From Octopus sinensis (lineage: Eukaryota), in the NCBI RefSeq assembly GCF_006345805.1, contig NC_042997.1, forward strand, positions 188,232,001 through 188,296,000: a stretch of DNA of 64,000 bases, written 5' to 3'. The notes under the pieces were generated by a model that had not been told where the DNA came from, searched no databases, and worked only from the letters and a program-made list of their open reading frames with translations. Shown here in pieces: positions 51,176 through 63,255 of the stretch. Each line of letters starts with the position of its first letter. Positions within the stretch are counted from its first letter, which is position 1. Position numbers and translations under genes: made by a program.

Positions 51176-51325
51176 CAGGGTGCGATGGGTAAATTGTCAC
51201 AATTTTATATCTTTAATTTCACACATGCACATTGTCTGTCTTTGATTTTGTTGACTACACAGTATAGTAGGCTCAGTTGGGCACTGTATGTGAGAAAAAC
51301 AGCACCATGACGCAATCCTTTCTGT
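51176..51325 (+). mobile_element. Tc1/mariner left-end fragment
   Basis: TA-CAGGGTGCGATG..., close match to 53759-53908. Confidence 0.85.
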
Positions 51326-51701
51326 ACCACTTATACTCCCCTACACTTTCCACCATCAATGTCTTCCTCTCTCACACCCTCTCTCTCTCTATCTTTCTAA
51401 CTCTATATCTCTTTCCTCTCACTCTTTTCCTACTAGTGTAGCCAAGTGTGACCTCTATAATAAGTCACCTATCTGTATCCCTCTAATATACTTTAAACCC
51501 TCAACTGGTACAAAGCCACCTCCCTCGGTTCCACTTCCTCTCCCAGCTGAGAAGGTTTTGTCTCACAAGTTACTTGGCTTGTGTTTGTACCACACAAAAC
51601 ACACCAGTGCTGGTGCTACATAAAAAGCATCCAGTTCACTCTGTAAAGTGGTTGGCATTAGGAAAGGCATACAGCCATAGAAACTATGCTAAAGTAGACA
51701 A

Positions 51702-51858
51702 GGTGCAGGAGTGGCTGTGTGGTAAGTAGCTTGCTTTCTAACTACATGGTTCCAGATTCAGTCCCACTGCATGGTACCTTGGGCAAGTGTCTTCTACTAT
51801 AGCCTCGGGCTGACCAAAGCCTTGTGAGTGGATTTGGTAGACGGAAACTGAAAGAAGC

Positions 51859-51899
<41 letters not shown>

Positions 51900-52546
51900 T
51901 CATCATCATCATCATCATTAACGTCCGCTTTCCATGCTAGCATGGGTTGGACGGTTCAACTGGGGTCTGGGGAGCCCGAAAGCTGCACCAGTCCAGTCAG
52001 ATCTGGCAGTGTTTCTACAGCTGGATGCCCTTCCTAACGCCAACCACTCGAGAGTGTAGTGGGTGATTCTATGTGCCACCGACACAGGTGCCAGACGAGG
52101 CTGACAAACGGCCACGCTCGGATGGTGTTTTTATGTGCACACCGACACAGGTGCCAGACGAGGCTGGCAGACGGCACGCTCGGATGGTGTTTTTATGTGC
52201 CACCGACACAGGTGCCAGACGAGGCTGGCAGACGGCCACGCTCGGATGGTGTTTTTATGTGCCACCGACACAGGTGCCAGACGAGGTGGCAGACGGCCAC
52301 GCTTGGATGGTGTTTTTGGTGTTTTTATGTGCCACCGACACAGGTGCCAGATGAGGCTGGCAAACGGCCACGATCGGATGGTGCTTGTTACGTGCCCACA
52401 GCACGGAGGCCAGTCGATGCGGTACTGGCTACGGCCACGTTCGGATGGTTTTCTTATGTGCCACGTGCCACCGGCACTGGTACCACAAAGATACAAATTC
52501 CATTGATGTTCATCTATTTTGATTTGTTTTGATTTGATTTGATTTG

Positions 52547-52589
<43 letters not shown>

Positions 52590-52818
52590 TGTATATATAT
52601 ATGTGTGTTTGTGTGTCACTGTTTGTTCCCCCAACATCGCTTGACAACCGATGCTGGTATGTTTATGTCCCTGTAACTTAGCGGTTCGGCAAAAGAGACC
52701 AATAGAATAAGTACTAGGCTTACAAAGAATAAGTCCTGGGGTCGATTTGCTTGACTAAACGCAATGCTCCAGCATTGCCACAGTCAAATGACTGAAACAA
52801 GGAAAAGAGTAAAAAGAA
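51702..52818 (+). mobile_element. SINE family A split by an RTE 3' UTR insertion in its internal (TA)n
   Basis: 5' half 51702-51862, 3' half about 52600-52818. Confidence 0.9.
51897..52549 (-). mobile_element. RTE 3' UTR insertion with about 62-bp tandem array
   Basis: (CAT)n tail; five near-identical ATGTGCCACCGACACAGGTGCCAGACGAGGCTGGCAGACGGCCACGCTCGGATGGTGTTTTT units at about 52070-52385. Confidence 0.92.
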
Positions 52819-53400
52819 TAGAGTAAGGGAACATGGTACAGCTCAGTAGCTTGCTTCGCTCTTGTCAAACCATCCAACCCATACCAGCACGGAAGATGGA
52901 TGTTAAATGATGATGATGATGATGTTTTAATATTTTGCTTTGACATAATGATCCTAATAACCTGGTGTTATGCTTCAGAAAAAAGGTATTAACCAAGTAC
53001 AGAGTACATAAGAAACTGGATAAATGACAAGAGAACAAGAAGTTATGTAATGAAGTTCATTGCTTAATTTTTTTCCCTTGTTATTTATTCAATTTCTTAT
53101 GTGTGTGTGTGTGTGTGTGTGTATGGTCATGTATATGTGCAGATTTGTATGTTTTGTTTTCATGTCTTCTCGTGCAAATACTTGCATATCTAGACATGCT
53201 CATATATACTTAGAGGACAAACTTCTGGAAAGTTTTACAAATTTTTACAGTTCCAGTTATGGCATGGGTTTGAAATTTTCAAATCAGCCCTTTCTTTTCT
53301 GGCTGGCCAGCCAGAAAAGAAGGTTAACAGAGAAAATAGTCTTTGTGTGTGGCAAATGTGCAGGTACAGCCAGCTGGCCAGCCAGCCATATATATATATA

Positions 53401-53703
53401 TCACTGTGACCGACCAGGCTATCAGATGTTACTACACATCGCTAGTCACAATGCGCTTCGCATTGTTTTAGCCTTCAAATGACACCACCCCACTGGCTAA
53501 GCGAGCAGGCCAACAGAAGAAAGAGTGAGAGAAGGTTGTGGTGAAAGAGTACAGCAGGGATCGCCACCACACCCTGCCGGAGCGTCGTGGAACTTTAGGT
53601 GTTTTTGCTCAATAAACACTCACAATGCCCGGTCTGGCAATCGAAACCGAGATCCTACGACCATGAGTCTGCTGCCCTAACCACTGGACCATTGCGCCTC
53701 CGC
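53401..53703 (-). mobile_element. SINE family I variant (GGAGGCGCAATGG head)
   Basis: Head and body shared with 59087-59265; 3' end shared with 54850-54945. Confidence 0.85.
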
Positions 53704-53758
53704 ACACACACACACATATATATATGTGTGTATATATATACACACACACATATACATA

Positions 53759-54571
53759 CAGGGTGCGATGAGTAAATTGTCACAATTTTATATTTTTAAT
53801 TTTGCGCATGCACATTGTCTGTTTTTGATTTTGTTGACCACACAGTATAGTAGGGTCAGTTGGGCATTGTCTGTGAGAAAAACAACACCATGACGCAATT
53901 CATTCTGTCAGAAATTTGGAAATGACATGCTGTACTGCTTGACATTTGCATTGGAAGCTTCAATACAAACATTTCAGAGAATTTGGATGATTATCTGCAG
54001 ACAGTGTAATCTGAGGAGATGTACCGAGAGTGATAAAAATCAAACATCATGATGTTTGGGATGATCACTACCTACATCAATTACCTGGAGTAGGTAGTGC
54101 TGCCCTGGGTCACGTGGGTGGCTGCTGGAAGACCCTATGCCTGGCAACAAGACTCTGCACCATGCCACACAAGCAGGAGAACCCAGTCATGGCTGTCAGA
54201 CAATTTCTGTGACCACATCACCCCTAATATCTGGCCACCTAACTCCCCAGATTGCAACCCCCTTAATTATTATTGCATGGGGCACAGTTGAGTGAGAGAC
54301 TAACAAAACTCCTTGCAACACCAAAGATGAACTGAAGGTAAGGATTATGGCAGCATTACCCAACTTAAACAAGAGACTGTCCAGAAGAGTTGCAGGAGAT
54401 CCCGAAGTTGTCTGGAAGCCATGGTTGAAGTCAAAGCAATATTTTTGGGTAAATTTACTCTTTAGTATTTCAAGATATTTTTATGTAATTTTGATAAATA
54501 TGTCTGCTAAAATGAGATGTCAGTGTTATTTTCATTTTTGCGTAATTTAGACAAGAGTTTATTCACTGCAC

Positions 54572-54575
<4 letters not shown>
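53759..54575 (+). mobile_element. Tc1/mariner deletion derivative, DD37D (maT)-type spacing
   Basis: TIRs CAGGGTGC...; WQQDSAPCH-...-WPPNSPDCNPLN with 37 residues between the second Asp and the third catalytic position. Confidence 0.88.
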
Positions 54576-54608
<33 letters not shown>

Positions 54609-54627
54609 TTATGTGTATGCATGTATG

Positions 54628-54662
<35 letters not shown>

Positions 54663-54950
54663 GAAGGTGCACGGCTTAGTGATGAGGGTGTTGCACTCAC
54701 AATCACAAGTCTACATGGTTTTGATTTGCAAACCAGCGTTGCATCATGTTCTTGAGCAAAACATTTCATTTCACATTGTTCCAGTCCTCTCTGCTGTAAA
54801 TGGATAACACTGCAACAGACTGGCATTCCATTCAGGGGGAATGTTGGTTGCCTGCCAAGCCAGTGGAGTAGCATCATTCAAAACTACAATAATGCTAGGA
54901 AGCACATTGTGACCAGTAACATATAACAACATCTGATAGTCTGAGTGAAG
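54663..54950 (+). mobile_element. SINE family I, diverged copy
   Basis: GGCTTAGTG head, TTCTTGAGCAAAACATTTCATTTCAC, CAGACTGGCATTCC. Confidence 0.75.
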
Positions 54951-54968
54951 CTGTAATGTATATGTGTG

Positions 54969-55019
<51 letters not shown>

Positions 55020-55021
<2 letters not shown>

Positions 55022-55221
55022 TTTACTTGTTTCAGTCACTTGACTACGGCCATGCTGGAGCACCGCCTTTTAGTCGAGCAAATCGACCCCAGATCTTATT
55101 CTTTGTAAGCATAGTACTTATTCTATCGGTCTCTTTTGCCGAACCACTAAGTAACGGGGACGTAAACATACCAGCATCGGTTGTCAAGCGATGTTGGGGG
55201 GACAAACACAGACACACAAAC

Positions 55222-55295
<74 letters not shown>

Positions 55296-55452
55296 CGACA
55301 GGCTTCTTTCAGTTTCCGTCTACCAAATCCACTCACAAGGCTTTGGTCAGCCCGAGGCTATAGTAGAAGACACTTTCCCAAAGTGCCATGCAGTGGGACT
55401 GAACCCAGAACCGTGTGGTTGGTAAGCAGGTAATTACCACACAGCCACTCCT
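55020..55452 (-). mobile_element. SINE family A, full length
   Basis: Colinear with 9643-10057. Confidence 0.92.
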
Positions 55453-55704
55453 GATATATATACACATATAAGCACACACATATTTGTGTATGAATGTGTG
55501 GGAGAATGCAGCCATAGACAAGTGGCTAAGGAGTTTGTTTTACTGCTATTAGGTCCCAGGTACACACTCACTGTGTTCAACGTTGGATTATCAATTGAGC
55601 AAAATAAGCACATGCTTAGGGCATTAAGGGAAGGTGGGGCCACCACAGAAATGATAAATGATTTACAGTACAAAGGAAATCACTTTGAGCTTGCTAAAAT
55701 AATA

Positions 55705-55820
55705 TTTGGGATGCTTTATCGCCACTAACTATAGAAGCAGATGTGTCATGTAAGATTAATTTTGAAGATCTAATTGAAGATTTTGCAATTAAAAAATGTA
55801 GGAGAAAACTTTTCAAATAT
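55705..55820 (+). mobile_element. hAT transposase C-terminal (dimerisation region) remnant
   Basis: DALSPLTIEADVSCKINFEDLIEDFAIKKCRRK resembles the hAT C-terminal L.IE...I..FA..K.R pattern. Confidence 0.6.
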
Positions 55821-57002
55821 AAAGTGGAATTATACAAAAATAAACATCATTTTCCATCTTACTGTTAGCTTTGTTTCATTTTGAAAAATAAAAATTTATT
55901 TTCTGGTTTATATATATTGTTTATACTTTGAATTACATATACATGGGTGCACCAAGGAGGAATTTCAACCGTGTTTCGTGGTCTGCTATCACAACAGCTC
56001 TTTTATAGGGTCCAGTTAGCTCAAGACATCATCAAGAGGAACCATGTCTGGTTTCGGCCCCTACTCCTCTACCGTTTTGATGTGGCAGCCCCCCACCCCT
56101 TTTGGAGGTGTCTTCAGCTCTGGTGTTGGGTGCATGTCTTCTTTCTTCTTCTTTCTTCTGTTCCCTGGCCTCTTCGATGTAGTGTCAACGAGTGTCAGTG
56201 GACAACTGACTGACTTTTCAAATTTTTTTCCTTTAAATACCTGCTGCTAGGCTCCAGCAGGCAGCCCCAGCAAGTTGTCACTTGATACTGTTTCAACTTT
56301 AACTGACCAATGAAGGCGCGTAGTCTTAGCCCACGTATTCTCTAGACGACCGTCACCTGTCAGTCAGTGACAGTGCTTAGGGCTTCTGTGGTCTTGATTT
56401 AGCCTTGACAGTGTTCTATGTTGAGCAAGTGCTTTTACCATAGTCTGATGTTGATCCAAATATCACGTGCAATTTTGAGCAGATTGAAACTGTGCAGAAG
56501 CCCATTGGCTGCGCTGTACCTGTATTTCAAAAATCCAACTGTGTCATACTTATATCATGCTGATTTTTCTTGAGACTTATGTTAAGGGTGACTGTGTCTG
56601 GAATATTCAGCCACTTCATTTGCAAATTCAGTGAGTAGGTTGTCCAGTTGATTGAACAATTAGACACTCATACAGTGAAATCAACAAAAGAATCTATACA
56701 CACACATCTTTATAAAGGAAGGTCTTGCATAAGAGATTAATTCCCTATTATCTATTGCACAGTGGTCTAATATGTATGTATTAAATGCATTCAAAATATC
56801 ATTACTTGGTTTGACTTCATTACACCACTTGATGCCAGAACAATCAAGCTTGTCTTGATTCAATTTACACAGAAACTCTAAATAGGATTTGGAATGGTTT
56901 GTTCTATTTGACTTGAGTTGAAAATTCTGGTAACATGCATTGCTTCTAAGCATAACACGATGTATATTCATATATACATAAAGTACTGATGATACAAAAC
57001 AA

Positions 57003-57765
57003 GCACCCAGTACATGCTGTAAAATGATTGGCATTAGGAAGGGTATCCAGCTGTAGAAATCATGCCAAAGTAGACATTTGAATATGATTCAGTCCTTGGA
57101 CCCATTGGATCCTTTCAAACTGTCCAACCCATGCCACTAAGTAACACAAATATTAAATGATCATGATGATGAAGATGATGACAATATCATCATCATCATT
57201 ATCATCATCGTTTAATGTTCACTTTCCATGCTAGCATGGGTTGGACGGTTTGACTGAGAACTGGCAAGCCAGATGGCTGCACCAGGCTCCAATCTGATCT
57301 GGCAGAGTTTCTACAGCTAGATGCCCTTCCTAATGCCAATCACACTCCAAGAGTGTAGTGGGTGATTTTATGTGCCAGTTAGGCAGTACTGGCAACAGCC
57401 ACGCTCAAATGGTGTTCTTACATGCCACCTGCACAGGAGCCAGTCCAGTGGCACTGGCAACGATCACGCTCAGTTGGTGCTCTTAGTGCTCCATTAGCAC
57501 GGAAGCCAGTCATGCAGTGCTATCATCGAATTTGATTTCAATTTCACTTGCCTCAACAGGTCTTCACAAGTAGAGTTTAGTGTCCAATGAAGGAAAGGTA
57601 CGCATAAGTGGGCTGGTTACACCACTGGCATAGGACACGGGTCATGGTCTCACTTGGCTTGCTGGGTCTTCTCAAGCACAGCATATTTCCAAAGGTCTCG
57701 GTCACTAGTCATTGCCTCAGTGAGGCCTAATGTTTGAAGGTTGTGCTTCACCACCTCATCCCAGG
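57003..57765. mobile_element. Two RTE 3' ends joined tail-to-tail
   Basis: Plus-strand tail 57003-57185 ending (GAT)n; minus-strand 3' end 57188-57765 with WDEVVKHNLQTLGLTEAMTSDRDLW. Confidence 0.88.
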
Positions 57766-57789
57766 TATATGTATGCATATATGCAAAGA

Positions 57790-58150
57790 TACATATCAAC
57801 ACAAAGAATATTGATGGAACATTCCTAGCAAAACTTCTGCCAAGGGCAAACAATACAGGCCTGATATAGTTTAGGTCAGAAAAAAAACATGTATAGTTGT
57901 AGAAGTTAGCTGTCCAGCATGTATAAAAATCTCTTTCAAAATCTATGGAAAGAAGAATATTTATAAACAATTGCTTCAAAACATAAAGCTCCTCCCAGAT
58001 TATAAATTCACATTTATACCAATAATTATTTGCTGCACTTGGTTACGTTAAAAAATGTCTGAATGACAGCCTGAAAAGCTAGGATTCAGGGGCAAGGAAG
58101 GGGACCATCTAATGTGTACTTTTTAGATACAATGTGTAAGTGGAACAGTA
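57790..58150 (+). mobile_element. Decayed restriction-like endonuclease fragment of an R4/R2-group retrotransposon
   Basis: YRPDIV..KKTCIVVEVSCP, YKFTFIPIII, ALGYV. Confidence 0.65.
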
Positions 58151-58301
58151 AAAGTAAGAAGACTTTTCTGAAGTTCAGTATGTAATTATTAATATTGTTG
58201 TTATCCAAATTTCAACAAAGCAGCTTTTGCTTTTTTGTTAGAAACCAACTCCTTCCTTTGGGGAAAATTTCTAATAAATAAAAAAAGTGATGTCATGGAT
58301 G

Positions 58302-58332
<31 letters not shown>

Positions 58333-58334
58333 AC

Positions 58335-58373
<39 letters not shown>

Positions 58374-58440
58374 TACATGTAAAATATATAGAAGGATGGA
58401 TGGATAGTTGGATAACTTAGTTTAGCTAAAGAATATTAGC

Positions 58441-58659
58441 TTGATCCTTTAGCATTTAAATTAGTCCTATCTGGCCTAAATATTCATCCTGTTTTTTGAC
58501 CCAATCCAGCCTTTGACACCTACCCTACAATGTCATTGAAAAAATAATCAATCACATCATTGAAGTCTGGAAGCTACAAGGTAATGTATGATTAATTCAA
58601 AACAATGTGAATAAATAAGCATTACATTTGACAGATTAATCTGAATGTTAAAGGCTTAA
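58441..58659. mobile_element. piggyBac-type MITE, diverged
   Basis: TTGA-TCCTTTAGCATT ... AATGTTAAAGGC-TTAA imperfect TIRs. Confidence 0.6.
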
Positions 58660-59001
58660 ATGTGAAGCTATTTAGATATATACTAGGACAGAGTTCTTCT
58701 GATGCCTTCTTCTTAATGAGACATTTAGTAGTTTTAGATTAGAGCAAGCAACCATACAGAATAAGGCTGATCTGAAGAAAGCCTTTAACAAGAGTTCTTT
58801 TTAGTATAGTGGTCACTCAGAAAACTAGTTGTTGATAAATCACCTGTTGCTCTGCAAACTATGTACAGAGATGTTGTGAGGAAGATGAAAGTTAGTAATA
58901 AGTTTAATAATGAATTAAGCATGCAAGTAGGTGACAATCAAAATCTTGGCCCACAGTTTCCTCCTGTTTTGCAGTTTTCCAGACTATAATGTAGGAGGTT
59001 C

Positions 59002-59784
59002 AGATGGCGAGCTGGCAGAAACATTAGCATGCTGGGTGAAATACTTAGCAGTATTTTGTCTGCCATTACATTCTGAGTTCAGAATGTGGAGGCGCAATGG
59101 CCCAGTGGTTAGGGCAGCGGACTCGCGGTCGTAGGATCGCGGTTTCAATTCCCAGACCGTCGTTAGTGTTTATTGAGCGAAAACACCTAAAGCTCCACGA
59201 GGCTCCGGCAGGGGATGGTGGTGATCCCTGCTGTACTCTTTCACCACAACTTTCTCTCACTCTTACTTCCTGTTTCTGTTGTACCTGTATTTCAAAGGGC
59301 CGGCCTTGTCACTCTCTGTGTCACGCTGAATCACCCTGAGAACTACGTTAAGGGTACACGTGTCTGTGGAGTGCTCAGCCATTTACACGTTAATTTCACG
59401 AGCAGGCTGTTTCGTTGATCGGATCAACCGGAACCCTCATCGTCGTAACCGACGGAGTGCTTCACATTCTGAGTTCAAATTCCACCATGGTTGACTTTGC
59501 CTTTCATCCTTTCAGGGTCGATAAATTAAGTACCAGTTACAAACTGGGGTTGATCTAATTGACTTAATCCCTTTGTCTGTCCTTGTTTGTCCCCTCTGTG
59601 TTTAGCCCCTTGTGGGTAGTAAAGAAATAGGTATTTCGTCTGCCATTACGTTCTGAGTTCAAATTCCACCGAGGTTGATTTTATCTTTCATCCTTTCGGG
59701 GTTTGATCTAATTGACTGAATACCTTTGTCTGTCCTTGTTTGTTTCCTCTATGTTTAGCCCCTTGTGGGCAATAAATAAATAAG
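59002..59784 (+). mobile_element. SINE family B partial dimer interrupted by a family I variant
   Basis: Same AAAGAAATAGGTATTTCGTCTG junction (near 59630) as 48914-49323. Confidence 0.88.
59082..59463 (+). mobile_element. SINE family I variant with TSD
   Basis: 14-bp TSD ACATTCTGAGTTCA at 59068-59081 and 59464-59477; CpG-rich, young. Confidence 0.92.
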
Positions 59785-60385
59785 AATTCCTACATACCAA
59801 CAACACAGTTTCACAACTTAGTCAAATCAGCAAAAGAATTAGAAGTACCAATCAAGGAAATAGAGCATAGAACCAAGATGTCTAACAATAAAACTGGCAA
59901 AGACAAAATTCTTAGCAGAAAAGAATATAAAACCTTATTACCATCAGTGACAGTAACACTGTCATGCCAACATGAGGAAATGCTGTAGGGAGGAATTCTA
60001 TTCAGTATTTTCAATGTGAACTATGGAGTATGAGAGGTGCAGCAAGATTATAGGCAGGATGACAGAAAGGAAGGAATTCATCTGTAGGAGGAAGTAGAAG
60101 AAGTAAGTTCCATGAAATTAATTTTCAAATACCTGGAAAGCTTCCTAGAAGTCATTTGCAGATTCTGTTTACTAGATGACCGACCTAATCAACAGTGAAA
60201 GTGGGTGTTTGAAAACAGTAGCTACAGTAAGAAAAGAATAGAAAATATTCAGGAAGCTTTTATTTCTGTTAGCAACAACAAATGCTTTTCTCAGAGTGAA
60301 GGACAGATTGAAAGTGTTTGTGTATGAAGTGCGACATTGTATATCAATGAAGCACAGAAACAAGGCAAGCATGCTCCACTAGGTT

Positions 60386-61160
60386 CATCATCATCCTCAT
60401 TTAACGTCTGCTTTCCATGCTAGCATGGCTTGGACGATTTGACTGAGGACTGGCGAACCAGATGGCTGCACCAGGCTCCAATCTGATCTGGCAGAGTTTC
60501 TACAGCTGGATGCCCTTCCTAATGCCAACCACTCCGAGAGTGTAGTGGGTGCTTTTACAATGTCACCAGCACAAGGGCCAGTCAGGTGGTACTGGCAACA
60601 GCCACGCTCAAATAGTGCTTTTTATGTGCCACCTGCACAAGAGCCAGTCCAGCAGCACAGGCAACAACCTCGCTCGAATGTTTTTTCACATGCCCCCAGC
60701 ACAAGTGCTAGTAAGGCGAGGCAGGTAATGATCACTCTCAAATGGTGTTTTTAATGTGCCATCAGCATGGAGGCCAGCTTGTTGCTCTGGCCACGATCTC
60801 ACTTGTATGGTACTCTTAGTGCTCCACTAGCATGGATGCCAGTCATCGAATTTGTTTCACTTGCCTCAACAAGTCTTCGCAGGCAGAATTTAGTGTCCAA
60901 TGAAGGAAAGGTATGCATAAGTGGACTGGTTACAACCCTGACATTAGCCACAAGGTTATGGTCTCACTTGCGCTTGCCGAGTCTTCTCAAGCACAGCATA
61001 TTTCCAGAGGTCCCGGTCACTAGTCATTGCCTCGGTGAGGTCCAGTGTTTGAAGGTCATGCTTCACCACCTCATCCCAGGTCTTCATGGGTCTACCTCTT
61101 CCACAGGTTCCCTCAACTGCTAGGGTGTGGAACTTTTTCACACAGTTATGTACATCCATT
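60386..61160 (-). mobile_element. RTE 3' end
   Basis: EGTCGRGRPMKTWDEVVKHDLQ, tandem UTR units, (GAT)n tail. Confidence 0.92.
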
Positions 61161-61224
61161 CATAATGTTAATTGTACATGAATAAGGGAGCACAGATAAA
61201 TTGAGAGAAAATGGATGTAATCTT

Positions 61225-61547
61225 TTATCTTTATCCTTTACTTGTTTCAGTCATTAGACTGACCATGCTGGGGCACTGTCTTGAAGAATTTTAGTTAAAT
61301 GAATTACCCCCAGTACTTATTCTTTTTAAAGCCTGGTACTTACTCTATTGGCCCCTTTTGCTGGACTGCTAAGTTACAGAAACATAAACATACCAATACC
61401 AGTTGTCAAGTAGTGGTGGAGGACAAACACAGGCACTAAGACACATCCATTCACAAGGCTTTGGTTGGCCTGAGGTTATAGTTGAAGATACTTGCTCAAG
61501 GTTCTATGCAGTGAGACAAACTTCTTATCACATTACTATACCTGCAC
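61225..61547 (-). mobile_element. SINE family A, diverged
   Basis: TTTACTTGTTTCAGTCATT...CACAAGGCTTTGGTTGG. Confidence 0.75.
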
Positions 61548-61564
61548 CTATATATATATATATA

Positions 61565-63255
61565 AAATGGGCCACAACTATGCGAACCTGTTCGTTGGCT
61601 ACGTTGAGGCCCAAATATTCTCAAGTTTCACTGGCCCCACTCCTGAACTATACAGTCATTATATTGATGACTGTATTCGTGCAACCTCACTCTACAACAA
61701 ACATCTAGACTCTTTCTTCTCTTTTGTCAAATCTTTCCATCCTGCCCTCCACTATTTCTGACACCGCAGTCGCCTTTCTCGACATTTCAGTCAGCATTCA
61801 TCACTCCACTCTCACCACCGCCATCCACTACAAACACAGACTCACACTCATACTTCAACTTCTCCTCCTCCCACCCTAAACACACCAAACTTTCCATCCC
61901 CTATTCCCAAATCCTCCATCTACACAGGCTCTGCAATGACAACTGACTTTGAGACTCAGTCTCAACTCATAGCTTGCCTACATGGATATCCCCTCACCAC
62001 TCTTGCCAGAACATGTTCCATGGACCGTGCATGTGCTCCTTCCCCCACACCTGCCCCACCTCCCTTTTCCCCTCACCTACCACTCCACTTCTCCAATGCA
62101 CCATTTTCCGACCCCTCCACTTTGCACATCTTCCCTAACTGACCCCTCCCCTCCTTCAAATGAGCCCACAACATACGAGACCTCCTGGTCCACAGCTTCT
62201 TCCCTAACCTAACCTCCCAACCCAGCTCGTTCCTCTGCTCCCGCCCACACTGCTGCACTTGACCTTACCTCTCCAACACCACCCTCCTCACAGGCACCCA
62301 TCATCAACCCTATCATATCACCGACTCCTACACCTGCACTTCTAGCAACATTATCTACTGCATCTCCTACTCTCTCTGTCCTTCTCTATACATTGATCAA
62401 ATGGGTCGCCGCTTGGCTGACTGGTTCGCAGAACACCTCCGAGACATCCGACTTGGCAACGGCCTCCTGGTCTCATGCCATTTCCGCTCTACCGGTCACT
62501 CTTTACAACACCTGTCTGCGTTCGGATTGTCCTTGCACAGGGGCCATCCGGACTCCCATCTTTGCCATGAGCAGAGATTGATCTTCTCTCTTTGCTCCTT
62601 TACACCGCATGGGCTCAACTCTCTTCCTCTCTCCTCTCACACCTACTTCCTCCCACCACCTCTCCTCTCTTGCTCTAGCACCTACTTCCTCTTCACTCCT
62701 ACCCACCTTCTCCCTTCCACCCTCTCCCTCGTTACCCCACCCCTGCACATTCCAACCCCACCATCCCTATACATCCCATCCCACCCCATCGCTTAGACCC
62801 ACCCTTGCTTTTCCCACACCACACCACCCTGCACACACTAGCACTGACCACTTTCCAGCACCCACACCAGTGCACACACTAGCACTGACCACTTCCCAGT
62901 ATTTACACCAACATGCGCACACGCAAATGTCAAGGTCACCAGCCCCCTCCCACGTGCACATATGCACTCTCACATACACACACGCATGCACCTTCGTTTT
63001 GGGATCACCACTACTTTATTATTTCCCCTTCTTCCTAGCTCTCCTGTGTGACCCCTCTGTCCAGCCTTTGCCATGATAGATCGCTAGCCACTAAACCTTT
63101 TTCTATTTTCTCTCCCTGTTTATTTCTGTGTTCCTTTCTGTCAAAGAGCGTAGGCGTGAAACGTAAAAGATTTTCTCACTTCCCAAGCGTTAAACTAATA
63201 CATCTGTTTGTTGTTTACACACCTGTCTTCGTCTTTTGTTTTTTTGTAAATCATA
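61565..63255 (+). mobile_element. Penelope-like element, 5'-truncated and decayed (RT + GIY-YIG endonuclease + terminal repeat)
   Basis: MGHNYANLFVG, YIDDC, FLDISV, SSHPKHTKLSIPYSQ, TCTSSNIIYCI, GRRLADWFAEHLRDI, EQRLIFSL..PHGLN; hammerhead-like relic at 63134-63169. Confidence 0.92.

Larger units (their letters stand above)
48660..52925 (+). mobile_element. RTE LINE with large internal deletion and several nested insertions
   Basis: LRAGTLNVGTLKGRSGEIV, DFNGHVG, jump to RT C-terminal half near 49630, Cys-rich insert, ORF end near 50790, long 3' UTR, tail completed at 52830-52925. Confidence 0.88.
58740..60380 (+). mobile_element. Heavily decayed RTE fragments
   Basis: DLKKAFN, WSLRKL, FRKLLFLL..LRVKDRL; interrupted by SINEs. 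Confidence 0.6.

Noticed and set aside
52060-52400. Regular 62-bp array resembling a CRISPR array
   Set aside because: Units are repeated end to end with no unique spacers, lie in an RTE 3' UTR, and there are no cas genes; context is eukaryotic
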